A stretch of DNA of 64,000 nt, from the NCBI RefSeq assembly GCF_009834535.1, contig NC_045696.1:104162001-104226000 (forward strand). Reading direction: 5' to 3'. The stretch is from Camelus ferus (Eukaryota). This document shows, piece after piece, positions 50,701 to 64,000 of the stretch (position 1 is the stretch's first letter; every line of letters starts with the position of its first letter). The notes under the pieces were generated by a model. It ran no database searches, was not told the origin of the DNA, and saw only the letters and a program-made list of their open reading frames with translations. The translations under genes were made by a program, and so were the position numbers.

Positions 50701-52159
50701 GTTAACGGAGAGGGCTAGTGACCTGTCCTGGGAAGTTCTGTCTTTGTGGAGCCCCAAAGGGCCAGATCACAGAGAGCCATGACCAGGGAGGGCGGCCCTC
50801 CCTGGCCTGCAGGGCAGGGTATTTGTGTTTCCTGTGTGGGGCATTTCTTGTTTCATCTTAACAGCCTCTTTGATTCTCCTTAAATACCTCCAAGGAAGGA
50901 GGCATTTTCTCAAGACACCAAAAAGAGTAATTTAAATAAGTGGAAGGAAAATGCATTTTAATTGTATTATTATACTAATTTATGTTTCCTGCCCCCCTTG
51001 AAAAAGTGCTTTTTCACAGTGTGGAAGCCCATTAGGACTGAGAGCTGAGACTAATTGTTTCAGATGGCTGCTGAGAGACAATGGGCTTTATTTTTATAGC
51101 TCTCAAAGCAGGTGGGTAAACAGGTCTGTTTCACTTCCTCTGCGAGGCCAGATCAAGGTTTCAGGACTCAAGGATCAGAGCTGCAGCGTCAGCCCTCCTA
51201 GCACTGTGTCTGGCACATAGTAGGTGCTCAAGAAGTCTTTGCTTAGTGGATACACAAGTGGATAAGAGAGAGGGGTGGGGCTGGATGCAAGATGAGGATT
51301 CAAGGAGGTTGGGTCTCCTCCCAGTGAAGTTCCTTGGGTCCTGGTTGTAGGGAGAGGAGGAAATTAGCGCATCTGCTGGACTCCTGTGTGCAGCCACTGC
51401 CCGCTTCGTCTCTTAATTTTCACCCCATGAGGTGAGCCCAGTTTACAGATCAGCAAGTTGAGGTGCATACGCCTTAAATAACTTACCCGAGGTCTCAGTG
51501 TCAAAGAGGGTCAGAGTCAGGATGGGGACCTGGTGTGTGTGATTCCAGCCTTCAGGCTCTTTCCTCCTCCCAAGTCAGGCCCTTTTAAAGGATTAGCTAC
51601 CACATGTTGAGCACCTACTATGTGCAAACACTAAATGAAGCATCTCTCTGTCTCTTCCTGGTGTCAAGTAATGGCACTAATCACTGTTAATAAGGATCCT
51701 CACAAAATCCTTTTGAAGGAGGCATTGTTACTTCCATGGAGTAATAAAATGCAGATCCTGGTTGGTAGTTCTTGGTGAGGGGGACTGAGATCCTGCGTGT
51801 CTATCGAGCTTGATTGTATGGGTCCGGGTAGCCCTGAATAGAGGGATGTAGGTAACAGAGCTGAGGTAGGACACCCTGCTGTTGAGAGCTCAGAGGCCTC
51901 TTGGTCCCCAAGTCAGGTCCCCCACCCTGTGGGTAGACCTCTGGGGCTGTGCTCTCATGGTGGTCAGGACATTGTGCATGGGGGCCAGCTGGGACCAGCT
52001 CAGGGTGCCTGGGCCAGGCCCATGTCTGGAGTGGACTCCAGGGCCCTCCCAGTGTGAGCTGGTGCTCCAGGCCAAGTCCATCCATCAACCCAACCAGCTT
52101 TTTTGTTTTTGTCTGGTGTTGTCTTCCATTATGTCACCATTGTTTGGTGTTTGGTAACA

Positions 52160-53125
52160 TTTTTATTGAGATATAATTCACATACCATATAATTTATGCA
52201 TCTAAACTGTACAAGTCAATGGTTTTTTTTTTAGTATATTCATGGAGTTGTGCAACTTTTTTTTGTATTTTTTAAAATTGAGGTATAGTTGGTATACAAT
52301 ATGTTACAGGTGTATAGTATAATGATTCACAAGTTAAAAATTTTTTCTGTTTATACTTACTGTGAAATATTGACTATATTCCCCATGTTGTACAGCAAAT
52401 CTGTTAGAGCAGGCAGATAGCTAGATATGATGTCCTTGTAGCTTATTTTATACCTAATAGTTTGTGCCTCTTACTCCCCTATCCTACATTGCCCCTCCTC
52501 CCTTCCCTTCCCACTGGTCACCACTAGTTTGTTCTCTGTATCTGTGAGACCACAGTCGATTTTGGAACATTCTCATCACCCCCAAAAGAAATCCTACACC
52601 CTGTAGCTGTTATCTTCCAATCCTTCCAGCCCTAAGGAACCACTGTTCTATCTCTGCAGATTTACTTATTCTGGACATGTCATATAAGTGGAATTGTACA
52701 TGATTTTTTGTGACTGGTTTCTTTAACGTAGCACAATGTTTCCAAGGTTCACCCATGTTGTAGCACCAGTACTCCATTCTTCTTTAGGCTGGATAATGTT
52801 GCATTGTATGGATATATCACAAATGTCAGTTAATGGACATTGGGGTTGTTTCTACTTTTTAGTTGTTATGAATAATGCTGCTATGAACCTTTGCATTCAA
52901 GTTTTGTGTGGACATGTTTTCATTCTCTCGGATTTCTGGGTCAAATGATAATGCTATGTTTAATTTCTTGACAAACTGCCACACTGTTTTCCAAAATGGC
53001 TCCACCATTTGACATTCCCACCAGCCATGAATGAAGGTTCTGGTTTCCCTGAATCTTTGCCAACCCTTGCTGTCATCTGACTTTTTGATTCTGATCATCC
53101 TCTTGGTGTGAAGTGGATGTCATAG
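52160..53125 (-). mobile_element. Old L1 (L1MB-like) 3' end with a younger L1 3' end nested at about 52258-52548
   Basis: ORF scrap IHGWWECQMVEPFWKTVWQFVKKLNIAL; two successive L1 3' termini are visible. Confidence 0.85.
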
Positions 53126-54528
53126 CATCTCAACTTTTGGGAGGTCAAAATAACCTTTTACTGTATCTGCCCTCCGGCTATGTTGATGTCCCCTTCTTTC
53201 CAGATGACAGTAGCTGTCCCCTTATCAACCTCTGGACCAGATTATACAACTTTTCAGCTACTTCTCGTTATTAGAATTGTCTCATTCTAGTATTCAAGAC
53301 TAAATACTACTTGCTTAAAAAATGCAATATCATGTCTGTCTCAAGATTTTCTCTCCCTCCCAGAACTATGTCTCTAAATGTTATTTTTGGGGTGAGATGG
53401 CTGTGTCATCAGCCATTATACCCCGTCTTCTTTTCTGATCTACGTTCCGGCTTCTCCGCTGGGCAAATGAGAGGACACCTGTCTCCCCATCTGGTGGGAA
53501 GACTGCAGGTCTCTTGTGGTCAGTGCTGCTACTCCAGTCAATGCAACTGGCTCTTAGTGCCCTCTGTGTGGAGACCACCCAAATGAAGGCTGTCTTGAGG
53601 GGTGGTGTATTGCTGAGTTCTTCGGGGGGCCAGTCAGGGACCTCCTCACTGCACAGCTCTCTGATACTGGAGACCTGGCTCTGTCTGACGTCTTTTCCCA
53701 GCAACCTGAGACCCTGCGCAGGCAGCCCACCTCACAGCCCCTCCAGTCCAGTTCTCCATGTTGAATGTCCACTCTGAATGGAGTCCTCCCTTGATCTCAC
53801 AGGGGAGGTGAGCTCTAGGGCTGGGATGGGAATAGCCTCTCTCTGGTCACTCCATGCCTCTACAGGCTGAGGACCCCATGCCTTTCATTCATTCCTCTTC
53901 CATCTCTTGGACGTTCTGAACTGAAAACAAGGTGGAATTTATCACCTTTTCTCCACAACTTTGGGCCTCAAAAGAAAAAGGAAAGAATCCCATGGTACCT
54001 GTGACTTCCTGTTGTGTGGGGCAGGGAGGAGGAGGCCTTCCGGTGCACCTGGCTGGGGTGAGGAAGAGCCTCTTCTCCAGAAACTTGGACTAGGCAAACA
54101 ATCCAGGACCTTCACGGTTATAAATTCAAATGACATTCAAGTGGAAATGTATGAAAAGCGTTTCCAAGCTGTGAGTCATGAGGGTGGAAGCGGATGCAGA
54201 GCGTGGGTCTGGGGGGTTAAGAAAGCCCTCCAGAGCAGCCTCAGCACGTCATACCAGCACCTTCTCAGCACCTGCACCTCCAGCCTGGACAGGATCAGTT
54301 TGCCTTTGCTGTTGTCTATGCTGTTTCTCAGGGTCCCAGCACGGTGGCTAAGAGCACTGTAACCGGGTTCAGGCCGCTTGGCTTCCGATCCCTAATGTGG
54401 CTTTATTAGCTGTGCACCTGGAGAGAGTCGCTGAGCATTTCTAAGCTTTGGGGTCCCCATCTGTAAAATGGGAGTATTAATACTGTCTACCTCATAGGCT
54501 TGTGGGAACTAAACAAAAAAATGCATGT

Positions 54529-54985
54529 GTGTCTTAGTCCGTCAGGCTGCAATAAAGGAATACCATTGACTGGGTAAACAACAGAAATGTGCTTCTAACA
54601 GTTCTGGAGTCCAAAAGTCCACAGTCAGAGTGTTGGCAGATTAGATGTTTGGTGAGAGCTCTCCTACTGGTTCACAGATGGCCAGTTCTTACCATTTTTT
54701 TTTAATGGAGGTACTGGGGATTGAACTCAGGACCTTGTGCATGCTAAGCATGTGCTCTACCACTGAGCTATACCCTCCTCCCACCCCTTAGATGTCCATT
54801 TCTTGTGTCCTCACATGGCAGAAGGGGTAAGGGAGTTCTCTGGGGTCTCTTTTAAGGGCATTCATCCCATTCATGAGGGCTTCACCATCATGACCCAGTC
54901 ACCTCCCCGTACCATCCTAATACCATCACATTGAGGGTTAGGATTTAACATTTGAGTTTTGGGAGGAAACAACCATTCAGGAGCA
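54529..54985 (-). mobile_element. MLT1A-like LTR interrupted by a tRNA-Ala-like SINE at 54691-54789
   Basis: Starts tgtcttagtcc. SINE TSD agatggccagttctt (54676-54690) and agatgtccatttctt (54790-54804). Confidence 0.85.
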
Positions 54986-57900
54986 ATGTGCCTTATTTGG
55001 AGTCTGTACAAATTAAGGACTCAGTTCTTCCTCCCCAACTCTAACACAATTTGCTCTCAATGAATAATTTAATATCTGAATTTAAAACAGTGCCTTCTCT
55101 AATTGCAGAATGAAAACTTATTTATTGGTATAGGGCAACCTGGTCAGCAGCGGAGGAGAGAGGCTGTGTGGAGGGGTATGAGGATTACCCTCAGAAGCTT
55201 CTCCGCCTGGCATCCTGTCTGCCTCTCCCTCCACCCACGACCTCTGCCCGATCACGTAGACACAGGGTGGAGTAGGGATGTGAGAGGAGGTCTTGTGCTT
55301 GAAGATGCCTGGTCCAGAGCTGTACTACAAAATTCAAATCTAGCTCGATTCAGGTGATAGACTAGGAACAAGAAGGAAATAGTTTAAAAAGCTCTTCAGT
55401 GTGTTAGGCCGAGAAAATAGTGAAAGCACTTTTGATTTTGTTTAAATTTATTATAAACTTCTTCAGAAGGAAAATCAAATTATAATTGTCCATTGCAAAA
55501 ATGAAGACTGCTGGGGTTTTGTTTTGCAAAACCCAAAGAGGCAGGAAAAGAATTTTAAAATGTTCATTTTGACTTCATGTCTCAACATCTCCATTTATGA
55601 TAAGTCATAAATATAGTTAATGATCTGTATCTCCTACTCTTATCAAGTTTTATGATGATTCCACAATTTTCTTAAATAAGTGTCACACTTAGACATCTAT
55701 ACAAACAGTGGGCTATCATTTAGATGAGTGGAGATAAGCTCTGTGACATGAAAATAACACGCAAGAGGGAATCTGGCCCCTAAAGACAGAGCAGAGGTAG
55801 TTGTATCTCGTCTTAGCTGGCACCCTTCCCTTCTGTTAATCAACCAGCAAACCTAAAGCTCTTTGCTTAATTCAAGCCCTGAATATTCAGTTTTCTTATC
55901 ATTTTACAGAAAGCATCTTAGTTTTAAAAGTACTTCTGGGGCCTAGGAAATGGTTCCATAGTTTCCTCTTAGAAAGCACTGATTTTGTTATTAGTGGCAG
56001 AGTTCTCACTTGTTGGATCTGCCTTGTCCTAGTACCATCCCAGGGGGCCATCACAAGCTCTCAACAACCAGCGTGCAGCCCTCACTTCTGGAATCTGGGA
56101 GAGGGCACCTGAAGGATTCTGGCTGCTTTTCAACTAAGGCCTGGAGTCTCAGTTGCCTCAGTGACAAGACGAACAGTGCCTCCTGCATCCCCAGCCCTCT
56201 GTGGTTTATCCCCATGCCCACCTGCCTGCATTGCTTGGGGTAGCAGGCTTCTTTGTCATCTTCACTCTACAAGAGGGCAGGGAGTGAGGAATTATGCTCC
56301 AGCCTGTTGCCTGGGCCTGTCCTTTACCCCATACCTCAGCTTACCAGCTCCTTCTTGGCAGTGCCTGGCTCTGTCCCTATTCTTACTTGCTTTTGTTTCT
56401 CTGCCCCTTGAAACAATTTGAGTTGATCCTGAGTCTCTCATACCCCACTTATATGGCTGCTTATTGTCTCTGAAGCCACACACCCCTTTACCACGATATG
56501 GTTAATTATGAGTGTCTGGCCTCAAAGGGGACAGGTTCACCAAATGGACAATATTACTAACATCACATAGTTCATGTATGAAGCATTCTTGTGCTCTGTC
56601 TTTGTCTACACACACACACAATCTTAAAAATAAAATATTATAAATATATGACAAATACAATAAGCCTAGTTGCTTTTTGTATTTTCTGTATCTGTTTAAT
56701 TTCTTTCATCTTTAGTGGTTTTTTTTTTTTCAATTTGCTTTCAAGTTGGGTCTGAAGTGGTAAACTCCGTCCTTGTTTGTTTGAAATAACTTCCCTGGGA
56801 AATACTAGTCTAGCTGAAATGGGTATTATAGGTTAACAGCTGTATCCTCTCAGCACTTATAAGATATTTTCCCATAGACTTTTGTCCTTCATTGAAGCTG
56901 TTGTTGAGATCGTACCAGTTTAATATTTTTTCCAAGTTTAATACTGTTTTGTAGGAACTCTGTTATTGTGAAGTCTCTATGAGTCTGGTTGTTATTACTT
57001 GGTTGGATGCTTGCCCTTGTCTCTTGCTGCTTGTAAGATTTTCTTGGGTGATATGTCTAGGTTTAGATTGATTTAGATTTATTTTCTTCACGCTCATTAT
57101 GGTCCTTAAATCTGAGAAGCTTTCTCTTCATCAGTTCTGGAATTCTCAGCCATTATTTCTTATAATTTCTTCAAGTGTTACTTCCCTCATTTGTTCTGTC
57201 TTCTTCTGGAAATTATATTAGATAGAGATTAACACTATCATTTTAGCCTCAGCTCCCTCAAATGCTCTTTAATATTTTTACATCTTTCTATCTATTTGTG
57301 CCGAGTCCATGGAATATCCTCAAGTTCATCTCCCAGTTCATTACTTCTCTACTTCTCATTACTTGCCTAGGAGTATTTTGCTAAACCTGTCTTAAGTTTT
57401 TTAAACATTATTTCAATGGTTGAATTAAAAAAAAATCTTCATTGCAATGTAGTTCACATACCATACAATTCAGCCAATTAAAGTGTAGAATTCAAAGATT
57501 TTTTTTTGGTATAAACGGCTGAATTTTTAATGTCCAGGAATTGCATTTGCTTATTCAAGAAATTTGCCTGCTTAAAAAAATGCTTTGTTCTCCTCATATG
57601 ATCCCAGTTCCTTTATTTTGTTTTATTATTTTAAACACATTTATTTATGATCTCTCTTATGTTGTCCTATTAGCTAAAGCTCCCTTGAGTGTAAGTATCC
57701 CTTTTTCCTCTTAAATTGTGTATGTTTGCTGACTCTCACTCAAGGTGGGTTTGTCCCTCATTTGCTTTTGAATTTTGAACTTATGTTCAGTGGACATCTA
57801 TCTATTGGAATCATCCACAGTGGGGGATGAAATTGTGTCCTTCTACAATGGTTATTCATTTACTTCTGTCAGGGTCTCTAGGAATATTACCAGCTTTGTA

Positions 57901-58239
57901 ACAAATTTCTGTGTTAATTCATCAACTTGGGATTTTTCTGAGATATACTGATAGTGTAAATTTAACTTTAAAGCTATGTGAAATATGGGGCTGTGATCAT
58001 AAGTTCCCAGGGGATGATTTTTTTCCCCCACCCAGATCTCAGACAGAGGCATACAAGTGTCCTTTTTTTCCTCTCTGTACTTATGGATAGATTTTCTTTT
58101 CCTAGTCTACACTGTCACCGAGAGTATAGTCCTTTGATGGTCCTGGCTTCATGTGGACTTCTAAGTGTCATTTCCTTACTTTGCTTGGGCTGATGGTCTC
58201 ATCTCACAGTGTCCCTAGATGAGCATTAAACCCAAATCC

Positions 58240-58710
58240 TGCATGTATTCACCAGAAGACATACAGGAGTGTTCATAGAAACTTTATTCATCATAGTTCC
58301 AAACGGGAAACAACTCACATGCCCATCAACAGTAGAACTGATAAACGAGAAGTGGATTTTTGTGATGGAATACTACACAGTAATGAAAAATAGCAAATTG
58401 CTGTTACATGTGACAACATGAATGAATGTTACATTCTGTTGAATAAAAGACCAAAAAAAGGACAGCCAATGTACGATTCCATTCTTACAGAATTCTGGAA
58501 CAGGCAAAAGCTAATCTTTGGTGATGAGTCACAATAGTAGTTACACTTGAGGGGAGATACTGACTGAGTGGGGCATGAGGCAGCCTTCTGTGGAAATAGT
58601 CTAAATCCTGATCTGGGTGGAGGTTACATATGTAAAAATTCATTAAGCTCTGCACTTAAGAATTGCACATTTTACTATATGCTGATTATACCTCAATAAA
58701 AAAGTAAACA
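58240..58710 (+). mobile_element. Old L1 (L1ME-like) 3' end
   Basis: gttcatagaaactttattcatcatag...gcccatcaacagtaga...tatacctcaataaaaaa. Confidence 0.8.
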
Positions 58711-59744
58711 AACAAAAACTCAGATTCCCCAAAGTGGTCATAAGGTAGCAAACATGTTTGCCTCTCTGGTTTTGAGTTCCTTTGTATTTCTGGCCCTGGA
58801 AATTTCCTTTTCTTTTTTTGTGAGTTCAGTTGAGAAGATAAAAGGATATTTGTGATATGTTTCCCAGGATTCCTGCTGGTTCTTTGAGGATGGCTCACAA
58901 GAGGCCACCATCTTGCTGATCTAGAAGTCTTAGATCTCTTCTGTCTTAAATCACTTTTGCATGTAGCCGGTGCATCCAACAGAATATGACATACTTTTAG
59001 CATAGGTGTTTCTCTATCTAGTGTTCATGACAAATCACTTTGAGGTAGATTCGTGTTCAGGAAGAGCCCCTGGTGTGGGCCCTTGTAGTTATGTAAGTGT
59101 AAATCCTCCAGGACCTGGTAAAGGACAGAATAGGGCCTGATGTGGCCAATGGAGATGAGCCCTATCAATGTTATTCTATTCAGAGGTGATGTGGGGAGAA
59201 GAGGTGTGCAAATTTTATAGGGGCCAAGGAGTCTCCTGTGGGTACTGAGATATCGCCTCCATAGAGACATTCAGCTGTGTCAGACCTTCTCTGATGGATT
59301 GGGATGATCTAGTCTGAGTTCTTCCAGTAAGAAAACAGACATCCTCTGGGGACAGGTGGGGTCTAAAGGGTCATGGAGGGGCCATTTCTGACAGAGGGAG
59401 TGGCTGAGGCGAGAAGCCTTTTATGACATGGCCTCCTTTCCACTAGAGTTATACTTGAGGCCTGCTGTTGTGCGTGTGAGTGTAGCCTGAGTACCTGCAA
59501 CATAAGAATCAAGCATGTGAGTCGTTATGGCCTGTACAGTGAACTGGAACCATGACAGCATTGCCTCTGTGGAGGACCAGTCGTTAACAGCAGTGCTGCA
59601 AGGCAGACACACACTCAGTGACAGGTGACAACTTAGGCTTCCTTGTGGACAGATCAGACTTTCCAGTTCTCACTCCACCTGGACTTCAGAACTGGAGCTG
59701 AAACCCTTAGGTTGAATAAACTATAGAGCATGAAAAGTGAACTT

Positions 59745-60115
59745 ACTCAACTTCCCAGCTTCCCTTGCAGCTAGGGGTGGTCAAGTGACTGAATTCTAGC
59801 CAATAGGAGAGCCAATACGATGTAGGCAGAATTCCCATTCCAAGTGAAAAGAAAAAAAATAGTTTTCACCCTTTGCTCTTCCTCCTTCTTCTTTCCTGGA
59901 GGCACAGCCACTGTCCTTTGAAAGGACAAGAATGAATCATAAACTAAGGATGCTGAGCCAGGAGCCTGGATCTTGGAGGACATACTTGAGCAGTGGTCCA
60001 GCCTTGGGCTGCCTAACTCTGGATTTCTTCTGATGGGAGGGAAACAGACCCTGTCTGTGTATGCCACAGTCAGTTGGGCTTCCAGTGTTTACAGTGGAAC
60101 CCAATCTTAAGTGCC
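59745..60115 (+). mobile_element. MLT1J-like LTR relic
   Basis: ttcccagcttcccttgcagctaggggtggtcaagtgactgaattctagccaat. Confidence 0.65.
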
Positions 60116-62194
60116 ACTAGGGAGAGACCTAAGAGGGCAGATGCTGTATTGCTTACTAACAAAGGCTTGCAGCTGCTTGAGTGATTAATGGGGAAAATGA
60201 AAGAAACGTGCTCGTGTTTGTAACCTCAGTTGGTGATGTGGATCATGTGGTTTTTGGCATTATCTCATCATTCCCAAAATAGGACTATGACAGAAGCAAG
60301 GCAGATGCAAGCCACACTTGATACCCTTGGAGACTAGAGCCCAGAGATATTCAATGAGGGATTTTCTATTTATGAAAGTGATATAGGTTCATTGTATGAA
60401 CAGTGGAAATTATAGCAAAGTGTAAAGAAGGAATTACTTGAAAATCCCTACTAAGGAACATTTTGATGCATTTGATGGTCCTCTTCCTTTGTGCAAGCAC
60501 ACATCCATACTCACATTTTTTGACTTTTTGTTTTCTTAAGTGACTTTCCAAAGATTGCACCAATCACCAGGTGGAGACCAAGAGGGATGCTGGGATTACA
60601 GTGTGCAGAACTCAGAACACCCATTTTGTTTCATAGGTAGCAGACTGTGGAGTAACTGCTTAGCTTCTGCTTTTCAAAGAAAGAGGAGAGAGGATGCAGA
60701 TTTGGCCTGGAAAGGCCATTCAAGGACTTTGGTGAGGGAAGGGCTGCCCTCTTCTGTCTCCTCTGGTTCTCACTCAGAACTTTCTCCACTGTGACCTGTC
60801 CTTAGTGCAGCACAGTGACCTGTGCACAAAGATTGTCTTGTTCTCGGGGATGAGTCAGTGGTCAAGGTCTCTTGACAGGACTCAGAGGGATAGTCAGCAT
60901 TCAGGGTGGGGACACCTGTATCCCTTCCTGCCAACTGGAGTCCAGGGGCCCCAGAAGGCTTGGAGGAGAAGGAAAGAGGAGGAAGAAAGAGATGTAGAAG
61001 GGGGCAGAAGAAGGAAGGAGAGAAAGGAATAACAGTAATGGAAAAGGCAGAGCTCAGTAGATCCAGATGGCTGGGTGTCTCCCATCCCTGCACAACCAGC
61101 CCTGCTCTCCTGGGCCTGTGTTTCTGTCCCCACATGGTATTAGCTAAACACACACAGATCTGGCCCCAGATTCTGTGTCTGTTTCTTACTGACTGTGACT
61201 TTGGCAAGTTCTTTAAATTCCTCGAGATTCTGTTCTCTTTTGTGTATCCTGGGATGACTGATGAGGGCACCAGAGCTGCTAGCTGGGGGTGGGGTGGTGG
61301 TAAGAATCTGACACTCGATTCTCCACAGAGCTGGATAGGGACACCTGGTGGGAAGCATGGAAGTGTGTCCTTGCTTTACTCAGATCTACGCAGGGGTGGT
61401 CTAATTGGCTGAGTTCTTCACTGATTCTGTCTTCTGACCTGCTTGGCATAATTCCCGTGGATGAAGGGATAAATCTCTCTACCACTCTCATTTCCATGCA
61501 AAGGTTGGTGGAGGAGAGAAGAAGGAAGACCAGCAGTTCAGATCCTCCCACAGTTCTTGCTGCTCAAAGGCAGGAGGCAGAGAGATAGGGGAACGTGGCT
61601 GGGCTCCCAGAACTCTGAAACACGCATCTCGGATGTTGCCATGACTCCCTCTCTCTCTTCATCTCTTGTTATTTCTTTTCTTGGCTCCTCTTTGTAAAGA
61701 GGCTTGTTTCCCTGCCTGCAAAATGACTTTCTTCACTTGCTGAAACATGGTAGCCAGCACCTCCAGAGAGTTACATGTTACAGCCTCAGTGACCGGAGGG
61801 GCTGACCTGATCACCTTTCTGGTCCCAATTCCAAAAATCCTAGCAAAGGGTCTCTGGCTGAGTGTGGATTTGACGACCACATCTTGACCAATCACCTGGG
61901 GTCATGTAAGAACTCTGCAGCTCCCCCAGGATACATATGGATGGATAGGGGAGTGGGGATTTAGAATAAAACGTGCTGGGAGGAAATTCTACAAGTGTCC
62001 ACCAGGGGAATTCACATGTGAAGAGTGTTTTGAAGGAAAGGTGGGAGCCTCCAGAGAAAAATGGACAGTGAGAAACCCCCAGAGGCTCCTGAACAAAGGA
62101 TATGATGAGCAGGGATGTCTGGTTGTCAGTGTTTTTTTTTTTTTTTTTTTACCTTTGTATTATTTGAGTTATTAATTTAGATACATGCATATAT

Positions 62195-62390
62195 ATGTAT
62201 TTTTTACTGAGGTGTAGTTGATATACAATATTATATATGTTTTAGGTTTACAACATATAGATTCACAATTTTTAAAGGTTATACTCCATTTATAGTTATT
62301 ATAAAATATTAGCCATATTCTTTGTGTTGTACAATATATCCTTGTAGCTTATTTATTTCGTATGTAGTAGTTTGTACCTTTTAATCCCCC
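62195..62390 (-). mobile_element. Truncated L1 3' end
   Basis: tttttactgaggtgtagttgatatacaata...ttgtacaatatatccttgtagcttatt. Confidence 0.8.
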
Positions 62391-63656
62391 TGATAGTCAA
62401 TCTGAAGCTGTTTGCTTTGCTGGCATGGAAAACTACTCTGAATCCCCAGATGTACTGCAAAGCCTGCCACACACTTTGTAATGCCTTTTTGTGAGTGATT
62501 TGGGTGAAATGCAAGGATCTGCGTTTTATATCTTGCTTGGTGCCCAGCAGATGGGGGAGTTAAGTTGCAGGTGGTGGGTGTGGTGAGGTGAGTCTGTTTG
62601 GAACTGGAATTTTGCCTCAAGAATGTGAACACCCTAGGAATTTTTTAAAATCTTGAAAATAGCATTAGGTTTTCCACACAATGAGGGGAGCTGCTTAAGC
62701 CAACTTTAAGTATCAGTAAATACTAGGGATTTCAGCTGATGTTTGTATTAGTGTGCAAAATGGGGGTAGACCCTATATCACAAATGAGAAATAAATGATG
62801 GGATACAAATACAGAGCTCAGTGTTCGATGAACATGCAGTAAACAATAGTTCCTGCCTCCCTCGCTCGTCTCATTGCCAGTGTTCAGGGACATGATTTTA
62901 AATGCTTCCTGGGATTTACTTTTGTGCAAAAGAAAATAGTTTTGAAGGGTAACGTTTTTTGGAGATAGACAGACCTAGATTTTCATTCAATTTTACCTCT
63001 CACTCTTTGAGTAGCTTCTGCAATTTGCTTAACCTCTCAGACAGCAGTTTCTGCATCTGCATCGTGGGGGTAATGGTGCTCACCTCAGGGCAAGGGTGTA
63101 AAGTTAGGTGAGAGAAGGCATAAAAAAACCCCCAGTGCCCGATGCACACTTTGGTTCATGCTAAACAGTGATTCACCCACTTCCTGTGTGTCTCATTTCT
63201 TTAATTTTGACACAAACTCCTTGAGGGCAAAAGCCATGTTTAGTAGTAACATTTGTCTTTCTAAGATACTACAGCATTTGCAAAGTTTTTTTCAGCCCAC
63301 AATTCTCATTTGATTCTCATAATGGTCTTGTGAAGCAGGCAGAACAGAATTTTTTCTCCCACTTTAAGGAGAAGCTGACTGAGATGTGCTTAGCACAGAG
63401 CCTGGCGCACGTCAGATGCTTAATGTTTGTTGTGTAAATGCTGAATGAGTTCCGCGTGTGTAGACACTCTGATGACTTACTGAATCCATCCATTTGTTTA
63501 TTCATTCAGCAGACACTTATTGAGCACATACTATTGTGTATCTGTGAACAACAACAAAAATCCTTGCCCTCGTGGTGCTCACCTTGTAGGGAAAGGAATG
63601 AATAAAGTAGGACCAAATGGACTGAGAAGAAGAGGAGTTGCTGCTTAGATACCAGT

Positions 63657-64000
63657 TGCTATCGGCTGAATGCTTGTGTTCCCTCAAAATTCATATGTTG
63701 CAGCTTTATCCCCACTATGATGGTTTAGGAGATGGGGGGCTTTGGTGATTCAGTTATAAGGATGGAGCCTTCATGAATGGGATTAGTGCCCTTATAAAAG
63801 AAACCCCTGCTCCTTCTGCCCTGCGAGGACACAGAGAGAAATGGCTACTGAACCAGGAAAAGAGCTCTCACCAGACGACAAATCTGCTGGCACCTTGATC
63901 TTGGACTTCCCAGCCTCCAGAACCGTGAGAAGTAAATGTTTATTGTTCAGGGTGCTCAATCTATGGTAGGTTGTTATAGTGTCCTGAAAGGACTAAGACA
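63657..64000 (+). mobile_element. MLT1A-like MaLR solo LTR
   Basis: tgctatcggctgaatgcttgtgttccctcaaaattcatatgttg...ggacttcccagcctccagaaccgtgaga...gactaagaca. Confidence 0.9.

Noticed and set aside
7490..54789. tRNA-Ala(AGC)-like sequences as tRNA genes
   Set aside because: Multiple diverged copies with shared A-rich tails, several with TSDs; these are SINEs.
59000..59640. Complex unique-looking sequence as a possible exon or pseudogene
   Set aside because: The frames I translated gave short ORFs with no family I recognise.
60770..61412. Overlapping 166-aa and 168-aa ORFs
   Set aside because: They run through a purine-rich low-complexity tract and a MIR, as expected by chance.

Overview
Mammalian, repeat-rich, non-coding genomic DNA. 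It is most likely camelid, inferred from several tRNA-Ala-like SINEs and a recurring lineage-type L1 3' end. I see no intact protein-coding gene. The only recognisable protein homologies are a frameshifted processed pseudogene of CISD1/mitoNEET (21593-22266, minus), a decayed ERVL-type pro/pol relic (about 42.8-45.6 kb, minus) and L1 ORF2 C-terminal scraps. Most of the rest is layered L1, L2, MIR, MaLR/ERV LTRs, hAT/Tigger relics and microsatellites. The best structural observation is an apparent L1-mediated 3' transduction (35814-36583): about 520 bp of unrecognised sequence with its own AATAAA and poly(A), inside a 15-bp target-site duplication (TSD). There is a weaker second candidate at about 3.97-4.54 kb. 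I found no convincing new biological system. Repeat subfamily names come from memory of consensus sequences, and repeat boundaries are approximate.
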